Source: a virus (taxonomy: Duplodnaviria > Heunggongvirae > Uroviricota > Caudoviricetes > Crassvirales). From it: a stretch of DNA of 33,443 nucleotides. Both the position numbers and the translations under genes were made by a program. Within the stretch, counting starts at the first letter, position 1. Every line of letters begins with the position of its first letter. This document shows positions 26,664-33,443 of this stretch, piece by piece. The stretch is taken from positions 64,001 through 97,443 of IMG/VR virus record IMGVR_UViG_3300020045_015898. One strand, written 5' to 3'. The notes under the pieces are model-generated. The model saw only the letters and a list, made by a program, of their open reading frames with translations. It was not told the DNA's origin and ran no database searches.

Positions 26664-27872
26664 TTATATTTTAGTGTTACCACCTAAGTAAAAAACATTA
26701 GTGCTTCCTTCTTGAGATAAGTATGTTTGATAATATTGTCCTTTTATTTTCAATCCTATTGGATTTCTAATTGTTGTTCCTAGTTCTAAATAAGAAACGT
26801 CTGAAGATCCTTTTTGAGTAAAACCAATTCCTATTTTAGATGTCAATCCTGACGGAACAGTTATTGTTACTGGATTATTTGAATTGTCTATTATTATTTC
26901 ATGGTTATTATCGTTGTCAGTTATAGTGTAATTTCCACTTATAAAGTCAGTTGGATAAACAATTACTTTTTGTAAAGGCGATTCGTTTGGTAAAGTTAAA
27001 ACACCTTGGTCATCTGCTGAAGCTCCATTAATAAATAATGGCAATGTATACACTCCGAAAGTTGAAGGCGCAGGTATTGATACTGATGAGTCAACAGTAG
27101 CTATATTCATCTTAAGTGAAGTTGCGTTTGCTCCAGATGATTGGTTTACAACGAATCTTGTTTCATCTATAGCAATTTGAGTACCTGTCCCTGTTAGTGT
27201 ATCTTTTACTTCTGCAGAAATAACTGATCCAACAATAAAAGAAGACTCTTTATCTCCATTCACCATTCCTAATTCAGTTCTTACTTCTCCCTTATTAAAC
27301 CTAAGCAAGTTTGCATAACTTCCGCTTATTGTTGCATTTGTACCTGTATCTAATACTGCTTGAAGATTTGGAGATCCAACAGCAACGACTATATTTCCTT
27401 CAGAATCCGCTTCAATTCCATTTACAGAAGTTGCAAGATTATATGTTCCGGAAACTGTCTTTGAAGGAAACTTTAATTCTGTAGAAGACAATGGAGTTGA
27501 AAATCCAACATTTGTTTGTTGCGATCCATTTATTCTTTCTTCTAAATTCATTATTCCGTTTATCATTGAGAATGATGCGCTAATGTAATCTGTAAATGAA
27601 TTTAAATATATTTGGTCCTTGTCTATAAAAAAATCAGATCCATTTCCTTCGTTAGAGTGAAATATTTCTGAGTACTTTCCAGCACCATCTCCTTTAAGTA
27701 AACTTATAAAAGTTTCTCCTAAATCAATTTCAGCATAATTCCCAGAGTCTATTACTGCTTGTAAGTTCGGATCAATTGAGTTGTTTGTTTGATCTTCTTT
27801 TATCAATAGCAAATTATCTGGATTTATTGATTCTATCGCTCCTTTTCCTATATTTATTATTTCGTATATCAT
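26664..27872 (-). CDS. Tail fibre / receptor-binding protein (paralog of 28494-29792)
   Basis: 402 aa. N-terminus MIYEIINIGKG...PDNLLLI shared with the 432-aa gene; two LQAVxDxG units; C-terminal VTITVPSGL-type beta domain. Confidence 0.65.
   Translation of the reverse strand: MIYEIINIGKGAIESINPDNLLLIKEDQTNNSIDPNLQAVIDSGNYAEIDLGETFISLLKGDGAGKYSEIFHSNEGNGSDFFIDKDQIYLNSFTDYISASFSMINGIMNLEERINGSQQTNVGFSTPLSSTELKFPSKTVSGTYNLATSVNGIEADSEGNIVVAVGSPNLQAVLDTGTNATISGSYANLLRFNKGEVRTELGMVNGDKESSFIVGSVISAEVKDTLTGTGTQIAIDETRFVVNQSSGANATSLKMNIATVDSSVSIPAPSTFGVYTLPLFINGASADDQGVLTLPNESPLQKVIVYPTDFISGNYTITDNDNNHEIIIDNSNNPVTITVPSGLTSKIGIGFTQKGSSDVSYLELGTTIRNPIGLKIKGQYYQTYLSQEGSTNVFYLGGNTKI
27851..27872. repeat. 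22-bp direct repeat, copy 1 (second copy at 29771-29792)
   Basis: TATTTATTATTTCGTATATCAT is identical at both positions and covers the first codons of the two paralogous fibre genes. Confidence 0.9.
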
Positions 27873-27880
27873 AATTTTAT

Positions 27881-28471
27881 TTATAAACAGCTAATACCAC
27901 TAATTACACCATTAAATATTTGAACTGACGTATTACCCGTATTCTGGTAATTATGAGTGAAAACTCCATTCTCTAGCAGTGTTGTTCCTGCTTCATCTTC
28001 GTAACAAATATCACCAAACTCAGGGTATCCACCTATACCGTCTGGGTCTGCAAAATAAGCTAACCTGTCTATAGGTTGTTCTTTAAACATCCCAATATTA
28101 TTACAAGCATCTATTACTTCTAAAGTACTTAATATGAATGGGTATTTAGCAATAAAAACCCCCTCTTCAATAATAACCTCAATATTCCATTTGCTGTCTG
28201 TCTCTTGTATTGTTCTCTCTTCTATCGGCAGACTTAATATGTATTCACATATTTGTTCCTCAATAGTTCCTGTTCCGCTTAAATCAGTAGAAAGTATGGA
28301 TAATACTCTTACAAAATTATCTGTTTCTCCTGAAGATGACTCTAAACAATTTTTAAGACTTATTATTAGTTCAGCTATTTTTCTCATGTCAAAAGCACTA
28401 AGTGTTTTGCATTTATGAAATTTTACCTGAAGCGCTTGAGCTTCAGGTATTATACTATTACAGTCTATCAT
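27881..28471 (-). CDS. Fibre-associated virion protein (paralog of 29812-30801)
   Basis: 196 aa. C4/C21/C42 N-terminal helix and DNFVRVLSI...ETDSKWNI domain shared with the 329-aa gene. Confidence 0.6.
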   Translation of the reverse strand: MIDCNSIIPEAQALQVKFHKCKTLSAFDMRKIAELIISLKNCLESSSGETDNFVRVLSILSTDLSGTGTIEEQICEYILSLPIEERTIQETDSKWNIEVIIEEGVFIAKYPFILSTLEVIDACNNIGMFKEQPIDRLAYFADPDGIGGYPEFGDICYEDEAGTTLLENGVFTHNYQNTGNTSVQIFNGVISGISCL

Positions 28472-28493
28472 TTTTTTTTATTTAAATTTATTA

Positions 28494-29792
28494 TTACCTA
28501 GATACCCAGTTCGTTCCATTGTTCCATACAGGACAAACTACAGCCCCTCCTCCTACAAGTGTTCCTAAATATGTAGGAGCTGTTGCATCTGAAACTATAG
28601 CCATATCGTTTAATATTCCTGCTGGAAGTGTAGCTACTGTATATATAGTGTCAGGAGTTGTATTTATCGTGTAATCCCCGACTGTATTTTTAGCCGGAAA
28701 CATCAAGTTAGTATTTAGAGTCGGGTCTTTTATTTTTATGTTTGTAACTCCTATTATTCCAATTCTTTTCGAAATAGTTAATTCTCCTTCTACTAAATTT
28801 ATTACAGAATTATTAGAGTTAAGTTCAGAAGAAATAAGAATATTATTGCTTCCAAGATATAATGAATTTGATCTAATTTCATCACTGTAACCAAAACTAG
28901 TATATTTAGAACTTAATACATTTGTTAAAATTTCTGCGTAATAATCACCGTATTGAGCAGATGTGCCTTGATCTAAAACTCCTTGTAAGTCTTGAGGATA
29001 AGTCAAGTTAGCTTCAACCCATTCTCTAGTAACTAGTACTTTTCCTGTAAGTTCTGCATCTATTTTAGTGTTATCAACACTAGGGGCTTCTACTAAACCA
29101 TTCATTCTAACTTGAAGAGCATTACTTCTAGTCAATACAGTATACTCTGTATCAGCGTTTTGTATAGTACCATTACCAACTGCAAAAAGTATTTTTTCAG
29201 GGAAACTATTCCAATCTAGAAGATTGTCATTTATTATTTCAGCTGCTTGACCTACAACAAAAGGCGCTAAACCTGATACTTGATGTCCTACACCAAAAGT
29301 ATTTACAGCGTACCCTCCTAACTGACTATTTAATCCTACTCCAAGAGAATAAATAGCACTATTGTCTATAATATAACCCATAGAGTAGGCGCCATAACCA
29401 GAAGCAATAACATCTTCACCTATAGCTACAGATCCCGTACCGGTTGCTCCTCTAGTGCTTGATGCGCTACTAGAGTAACTTATGTCAAAAGCATCGTCAC
29501 CTATAGTTCCAAAATTATCTGGACTTCTTCTTTTTAATCTAGTACCTATTCCGCTTCCTTCATCTAAAGCTTGAAATGCTGAATCGTCATTTGGAGTATT
29601 AATTAAATCAGAATAGTCTCCACTAAAAGCAACAGCACTTAATATATTTTGTGGAACAAATGAAAACTCACCATCCTCTCCGTCATTAATTAATTGTGAA
29701 GTTTTAGTAAATCCTGTTTCTATCAGTAAAAGATTGTCAGGAATAAGACTGTTTATCAGTCCTTTACCTTTATTTATTATTTCGTATATCAT
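28494..29792 (-). CDS. Tail fibre / receptor-binding protein with YadA-like repeats
   Basis: 432 aa. LSAVAFSGDYSDLINTP, GSVAIGEDVIASGYGAYSMG-type repeats, FAVGNG...RSNAL, and a C-terminal TVATLP...WNNGTNW domain. Confidence 0.7.
   Translation of the reverse strand: MIYEIINKGKGLINSLIPDNLLLIETGFTKTSQLINDGEDGEFSFVPQNILSAVAFSGDYSDLINTPNDDSAFQALDEGSGIGTRLKRRSPDNFGTIGDDAFDISYSSSASSTRGATGTGSVAIGEDVIASGYGAYSMGYIIDNSAIYSLGVGLNSQLGGYAVNTFGVGHQVSGLAPFVVGQAAEIINDNLLDWNSFPEKILFAVGNGTIQNADTEYTVLTRSNALQVRMNGLVEAPSVDNTKIDAELTGKVLVTREWVEANLTYPQDLQGVLDQGTSAQYGDYYAEILTNVLSSKYTSFGYSDEIRSNSLYLGSNNILISSELNSNNSVINLVEGELTISKRIGIIGVTNIKIKDPTLNTNLMFPAKNTVGDYTINTTPDTIYTVATLPAGILNDMAIVSDATAPTYLGTLVGGGAVVCPVWNNGTNWVSR
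29771..29792. repeat. 22-bp direct repeat, copy 2
   Basis: Identical to 27851-27872, 1920 bp away. Confidence 0.9.
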
Positions 29793-29811
29793 GATTTATT
29801 TTTATTAATAA

Positions 29812-30801
29812 TTAAAGTGATCCTGGACAAGTCCAACTAATTACCTTTCCTGAAGAATTAACTCCTAAAAACGTACTTCCACCTAAAAATGTAGTATAAT
29901 ATCCTTCAGACAAAGCTATAGCCATGCTCATATCTAAGTAAACAGAATCTCCTGGAACAGGATAAGCATTTGTTCCGTCATAATATATTGTTCTATCTAT
30001 TGCGTATACAGGAGAAAATGCGCATGGATCGTTAACAGATATTGTACTTATGTCATAAGGCCGTAATACAACTGGTGCATTTTCAAGTATTTGTATGTTC
30101 CATTTACTATCTGTTTCCAGTATTGTTCTTTCTTCGTCAGGAAGAAGTAATACATAATCGCATATTTGTTGCTTTATATCTCCAATTCCTGATAAATCAG
30201 ACGCTACTATACTAATAACTCTTACTGAATTATCTTGATCCGTTACTACTTCTGGCTTATTTAAAATTTGAGACAATCCTGAAGTTGAATTCCAGTCTGA
30301 ATTTACTTGAATAGCAGGTATTTCTGGCTTGTTTAATATTTCTGCTGGACCAGATATTGCAGACCAATCTGCATTTACTTGAGCAGGAGCAGAAGGTATA
30401 TCTGCATTAATGACATAAGGATCAGCAATAGTCCCAGTTCCTGCAATAGTAATGTTTGCGCCTTCATTAATCTTTGTCTCACTTCCATCAGCTGTATTTA
30501 TTGAAGAGTTTGTAATAACATAAGGATTAGCTATAGATCCATTACCTAATACTGTAATCCCTAAACCTTGTTGTACTTTTGTTTCAGTTCCGTCAACTAC
30601 CGCAGTAATTATTAAATCTCCAACTCCTAATAAGGACTGTCCATTTATTGTTTTAAGGTTAAAAGAACCTCCGGAACAAGCGCTTACACTTTCTATTAAA
30701 TCAACTATCGATCTTAAATCAATAGCTTTTAGATTATAGCATTTGGCAAACATTGTTTTTAATCTTGCTGATTCTGCAGCTATTTGATCACAATTTATCA
30801 T
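29812..30801 (-). CDS. Fibre/collar virion protein with internal repeats
   Basis: 329 aa with LKTINGQSLLGVGDL, 2x DGxETK...G.G..A.PYVI and 2x QVNxDW...ILNKP. Confidence 0.65.
   Translation of the reverse strand: MINCDQIAAESARLKTMFAKCYNLKAIDLRSIVDLIESVSACSGGSFNLKTINGQSLLGVGDLIITAVVDGTETKVQQGLGITVLGNGSIANPYVITNSSINTADGSETKINEGANITIAGTGTIADPYVINADIPSAPAQVNADWSAISGPAEILNKPEIPAIQVNSDWNSTSGLSQILNKPEVVTDQDNSVRVISIVASDLSGIGDIKQQICDYVLLLPDEERTILETDSKWNIQILENAPVVLRPYDISTISVNDPCAFSPVYAIDRTIYYDGTNAYPVPGDSVYLDMSMAIALSEGYYTTFLGGSTFLGVNSSGKVISWTCPGSL
30255..30600 (-). repeat. Two pairs of tandem protein-level repeats in the 329-aa gene
   Basis: DGTETKVQQGLGITVLGNGSIANPYVI / DGSETKINEGANITIAGTGTIADPYVI and QVNADWSAISGPAEILNKP / QVNSDWNSTSGLSQILNKP. 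Confidence 0.85.
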
Positions 30802-30807
30802 GGCTTA

Positions 30808-31044
30808 TTATTTATTTCTACATATATCTGGACAATCAATCTCAATTCTTTTCATTAAGATGTCTAATTTTCTTTTAAAAGATACTCCGTTCGCGTCAAC
30901 ATCGGTATCTCTTATTAAGCTTTTGTATTTTAAAGCTAGTTTATAGAATGATATTCTAGAAACATCTGCATCTCCATAATACTTAAGCCTATTTGTCATG
31001 TTGCCAATTGTGTCAACATAAAGATTTTGCTCTACTGCAGTCAT
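30808..31044 (-). CDS. Small virion protein, tail-hub-B-like position
   Basis: 78 aa, coupled to the upstream gene by a TAATG overlap; C-terminal CPDIC. Assignment from synteny only. Confidence 0.45.
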   Translation of the reverse strand: MTAVEQNLYVDTIGNMTNRLKYYGDADVSRISFYKLALKYKSLIRDTDVDANGVSFKRKLDILMKRIEIDCPDICRNK

Positions 31045-31592
31045 TATACTAATACAAATGCTCCGTCAAGGATTCCATATCCTGAAGTACATCCAGTAAG
31101 ACACGCGTCTATACTTCCTGAACATAATTTCTTCAAAGCGTAAAAATTAACTACTGCGTTTGTGTACTTACCTACTATAAGTGCATTCTTAAGACCTTCC
31201 AAATAAAGATCAATCACTAATGCATTCTGTAGGCTATCATCACAACTTAAGCAATCTCCATTTATTTTAGTTAATGAATCGTTTACTGCGTAGAAGAATT
31301 GAGTGAAATTACATGCCGCAACCGTAACGTCTTCTACTTCATCTTCGTTTGTTCCAAATGTTCCAAAATATATTCCATTAAAAGAATCTAGATTAATATC
31401 TTCCGGAACTAAAATTATATCTTCTACTTCGTCAATTTGTAACAACTTCGAAGTTAAGTCAACTTCAGTATCTAAGTATGTTTCGTCGGTTTGCATCGTA
31501 AAAGAATCTATTCTTTTACCTGTAGCTGCAGTAACTTTAATAGTTAATGTTTTCATGTCTGCTGAGACTTGAAACGTATTCACTGTTATCAT
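31044..31592 (-). CDS. Tail-hub-A-like virion protein
   Basis: 182 aa. Beta-rich N-terminus, GDCLSC, then IDLYLEGLKNALIVGKYTNA helix; follows the auxiliary-capsid-like gene as in crAss001 (recalled). Confidence 0.5.
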   Translation of the reverse strand: MITVNTFQVSADMKTLTIKVTAATGKRIDSFTMQTDETYLDTEVDLTSKLLQIDEVEDIILVPEDINLDSFNGIYFGTFGTNEDEVEDVTVAACNFTQFFYAVNDSLTKINGDCLSCDDSLQNALVIDLYLEGLKNALIVGKYTNAVVNFYALKKLCSGSIDACLTGCTSGYGILDGAFVLV

Positions 31593-31612
31593 ATTGTTTT
31601 TATTTTAAAGTT

Positions 31613-31647
31613 AAAAAAAAAGGAGCTGAGCATTGCCCAACTCCTTT
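31613..31647 (-). terminator. Rho-independent terminator after the auxiliary capsid gene
   Basis: Minus strand AAAGGAGTTGGGC-AAT-GCTCAGCTCCTTT followed by six more T; 13-bp stem with two G-U pairs. Confidence 0.8.
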
Positions 31648-31670
31648 AGTCATTTAATATTCTAATTAGA

Positions 31671-32684
31671 TTACACTGCCGCAATAACTGCTACTGAACC
31701 AGCTCCTAAAATTGTATTAAGATTTGCTACCATTGCATTAAATTGTGCGTTAGGCACTGCTGCAGTTGGCATAGCGATAGTAATACCTTTTTTAGATTGC
31801 TTAGCTTCATCTCTACCTAAAGAGAAATAACCAATTTCAATCACATTGTAAGTATTACTTAGAACAGCATCATAAGTTCCTACGAAGTTATGAGGTGCTC
31901 CCATCTCGCGGTAAACGTCGTTTCTTTCACCTTTCAAGTACCATTCCATATCAGCAATACTGTATCCATCTCCAATTGCAGGTTTCGCAGTAACTACTGT
32001 GAAAACAGGAATAGTTGTGAATTTAGCATTTACTACGAAAGGCATAGAAGTCCTTGTGTGTCTACCTAATTGATAAGTCAACCCAACCCAAGTGTTCTTT
32101 TCTGTGATAACTAAAGCTGCATTAGCTCCAGTACCAGTTTTTGTGAAAGAGAAATAAGGATTGTCCGGAATCTGAATTACAGAAGCATTTGCTAATGTAT
32201 ATGCAGTAGTTGTTGAAAGTAATGGCTCTTCTCTTTTGAAGTTACGAGCTAATGCTTGAACTAAACCATCTACAATATTCTCTGCTGTATTACCAGCCAC
32301 TGCTTTGTAGAAAGCTTTTTTGATGTATTCATTTTCTGCTGATAAAGAACCAAAATCTTTGATTGCAATTTCAACTGTATACAATGTATTTGCATTTACT
32401 GTAATTCCAGAAATAGTAGTTGATCCTAAAACTTGAGCTGAATAAGCTCTTGATTTTGATAATGTAACATTCTTTGGATCAACGATATCTGATGTGATAA
32501 GTGTTCCTTTGTTACTCTTTTGCATGAAGACGAACTTCTTTCCTGCTGCCGGTGCTGTACCGTCTGCTGATAAGATAGCTAATGCTCCATTAGCTCCAGC
32601 TTTTACGGCTGCAACGTTTGCATGTCCAGGGTACGTAAGGCCTACATACATCTGTCTAACTTGATTTTGTCCTGCTAAACTCAT
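31671..32684 (-). CDS. Auxiliary capsid (decoration)-like protein conserved in crAss-like phages
   Basis: 337 aa. QNQVRQMYV start, IGDGYSIADMEWYLKGERNDVYR and YNVIEIGY...KQSKKGITI segments; followed by a strong terminator, consistent with high expression. Confidence 0.65.
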   Translation of the reverse strand: MSLAGQNQVRQMYVGLTYPGHANVAAVKAGANGALAILSADGTAPAAGKKFVFMQKSNKGTLITSDIVDPKNVTLSKSRAYSAQVLGSTTISGITVNANTLYTVEIAIKDFGSLSAENEYIKKAFYKAVAGNTAENIVDGLVQALARNFKREEPLLSTTTAYTLANASVIQIPDNPYFSFTKTGTGANAALVITEKNTWVGLTYQLGRHTRTSMPFVVNAKFTTIPVFTVVTAKPAIGDGYSIADMEWYLKGERNDVYREMGAPHNFVGTYDAVLSNTYNVIEIGYFSLGRDEAKQSKKGITIAMPTAAVPNAQFNAMVANLNTILGAGSVAVIAAV

Positions 32685-32703
32685 AATTATAAATTGTTTT
32701 TAA

Positions 32704-33441
32704 TTAAACTACTCTTTGATTTGTTTGAATTTTACTCTGAAGACTATTTTCTCTATAGTCCCTGATGGCTAACTCAACAGCCCTGTTTAATATTTCTCTG
32801 TGAATACTCTCGTCTAATTCACATTGTTTTATTTGATTCATTCCATTTACTGTAAGTCCTAATCCCGCAACAGAAGCATCTAATTCAAAATTAGCTAAAA
32901 CTATTGGTGATGGATATTTTACATATCTCATTGAATAGGAAATTAGTGGCACTTCAGAAACCAATTCTACATTCTTTAATGTAGCGTCTTTAGATATGTC
33001 CAGTCTAAATACCCTTTTTCCATTTGGTTTCCTAAAAGGATTTTTCATACTTGAGTTTAAGTCGTCGTAACTTATTGGGTTTACTTCGATGGTAACTCTT
33101 TCTCCGCAGTTATTAGATACATCTGCGGCTTCGTATACAATATACATTACATCTGCCGGAATAGTTACTAGTTTTGATTTAGTTGAAAGTGACTTAGACG
33201 AAGTTATAAAAGCTGCTGATTTAAAATCTTTTACCAATTCTGATAGCTCTCTTCTTTTTTGTTCGTCTCCTTCGAAACTCCTTTTCAATGGATTGTATCC
33301 ACAATAAGCCGCTTTTACTAATTCAAATTGAGCTGTAGTTAAATACACACTCTTTTCGTAAACATCCAGTCCAGGAGCAGAACTGCTTGAAATATTGTCA
33401 TAAAGAATGTCAAATTCAGTACTAAATTCTGCTACTGTCAT
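32704..33441 (-). CDS. Tail ring protein (conserved crAss gene downstream of the major capsid gene)
   Basis: 245 aa. MTVAEFSTEFDILYDNISSSSAPGLDVYEKSVYLTTAQ and C-terminal CELDESIHREILNRAVELA are typical of crAss ring proteins. Confidence 0.75.
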   Translation of the reverse strand: MTVAEFSTEFDILYDNISSSSAPGLDVYEKSVYLTTAQFELVKAAYCGYNPLKRSFEGDEQKRRELSELVKDFKSAAFITSSKSLSTKSKLVTIPADVMYIVYEAADVSNNCGERVTIEVNPISYDDLNSSMKNPFRKPNGKRVFRLDISKDATLKNVELVSEVPLISYSMRYVKYPSPIVLANFELDASVAGLGLTVNGMNQIKQCELDESIHREILNRAVELAIRDYRENSLQSKIQTNQRVV

Positions 33442-33443
33442 GG

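Larger units (their letters stand above)
1..33443 (-). other. crAss-like (Crassvirales) phage genome segment: virion structure and ejected-cargo/vRNAP module
   Basis: Co-oriented dense genes; DFDID-type RNAP; ring-IHF-ring-muzzle-cargo-RNAP synteny as recalled for phi14:2 and crAss001; no host housekeeping genes. Confidence 0.93.

Noticed and set aside
26275-30801. Diversity-generating retroelement or invertible shufflon acting on the fibre genes
   Set aside because: No reverse transcriptase or recombinase in the window, no long near-identical repeat with adenine-specific mismatches, and the only exact repeat I found is direct and 22 bp. A template outside the window cannot be excluded.
7889-31647. 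Intergenic hairpins as N4-style single-stranded hairpin promoters for the vRNAP
   Set aside because: The four hairpins share no loop or stem consensus, each follows a stop codon and precedes a T-run, and they lie in the late region; terminators explain them better.
5651-33307. Short (65-112 aa) ORF-track entries on the plus strand or in alternative minus frames inside large genes
   Set aside because: All are nested in long coding genes, lack recognisable motifs, and look like the antisense or off-frame shadows expected in codon-biased DNA.
1-33443. Stop-codon reassignment (TAG or TGA), known in some Crassvirales
   Set aside because: Genes up to 2168 codons are open under the standard code and tile the window, and TAG is used as a real stop at 24505.
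1-33443. KOPS (GGGNAGGG) sites as targets for the FtsK-gamma domain
   Set aside because: None noticed by eye, the scan was not exhaustive, and the cognate motif for this divergent domain and host is unknown, so no claim is made.
1-33443. tRNA, rRNA, CRISPR array or IS element
   Set aside because: Intergenic gaps are at most ~160 nt and contain only hairpins and AT-rich leaders; no cloverleaf, spaced repeats or transposase seen.

Overview
This AT-rich window has all credible genes on the minus strand and reads as the late (virion) module of a crAss-like phage (Crassvirales), probably phi14:2-like with a Bacteroidota/Flavobacteriia host. The host inference rests on A-rich leaders without Shine-Dalgarno sites and TAnnTTTG promoter motifs. 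In transcription order (right to left): tail ring, auxiliary-capsid-like protein, two small tail-hub-like genes, a tandemly duplicated two-gene fibre cassette, a metallophosphoesterase, ring, IHF/HU-like, ring, a 1380-aa muzzle/nozzle, then the ejected cargo block (423, 720, 743, 1769 aa, a 2168-aa single-chain virion RNA polymerase with DFDID, and a truncated HExxH protein missing from the ORF track). The most unusual signals are: (1) an FtsK-gamma winged-helix domain, plus a possible AP2-like domain, in the 1769-aa cargo protein; (2) near-exclusive terminal cysteines at the junctions of three consecutive giant cargo proteins, suggesting head-to-tail linkage; (3) a repeated N-x-[FYM]-x-x-G-G motif shared by two cargo proteins, with a zincin apparently splitting a conserved cargo module; (4) a duplicated fibre cassette with a 22-bp direct repeat; (5) a phosphoesterase with Cys in place of the first metal-binding Asp. 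Family assignments come from motif recognition and synteny recalled from phi14:2 and crAss001; no database searches were run.
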